NCBI GenBank assembly: GCA_002269645.1
Contig: NIVC01000718.1
Location: 1 to 64,000, forward strand
From: Macrostomum lignano
Taxonomy: Eukaryota
DNA: 64,000 nucleotides
Reading direction: 5' to 3'
Below the pieces are notes generated by a model, which was not told where the DNA came from, made no database searches, and worked only from the letters and a program-made list of their open reading frames with translations. Position numbers and translations under genes: made by a program. Position 1 is the first letter of the stretch; the number at the start of each line of letters is the position of its first letter. Positions 63,871 to 64,000 of this stretch are shown piece after piece.

Positions 63871-64000
63871 TTCCCACTTGGGTATATATTGGCTATATAC
63901 ATGTATATTATATGGGACCATGAAAGTTACGCCACTTGTGAAGCACGCCGAATTTAGAAATTAAATTTCTGCTGTCATGTCGGTCACCAGCAGGGGCGTC

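Overview
Eukaryotic (animal) genomic DNA with GT-AG introns and a very large share of simple and minisatellite tandem repeats. The overall style resembles the free-living flatworm Macrostomum, but that is an inference and was not tested. Supported content: (1) an intronless ~1780-aa Ser/Gln-rich ORF (2282-7623, one frameshift) with 27 in-register 15-aa repeats; (2) a six-exon + strand gene (19002-32267, 673 aa) with a CUPID/DUF3338-like (FRMD4/INAVA/CCDC120-type) coiled-coil domain and no FERM domain; (3) a three-exon - strand MATE/SLC47-family transporter (35910-39475, 627 aa); (4) a full-length LOA/R1-group non-LTR retrotransposon (47249-53142, - strand, 12-bp TSD, ORF1 + APE-RT-RNaseH); (5) a two-exon atypical rhodopsin-like GPCR (54593-61402) whose intron holds (6) a complete Chapaev-like DNA transposon (55748-59088, ~370-bp TIRs, CAC...GTG ends, RAG1-N-like zinc finger). 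There are also two tRNA-derived SINE copies and about 25 tandem arrays. Main second-look items: six separate minisatellites share an E2F-like TTGGCGC(C) core, a CpG-void 2.2-kb block opens the window, and all four frameshifts are repaired by adding one base to a homopolymer, so both transposons may be intact.
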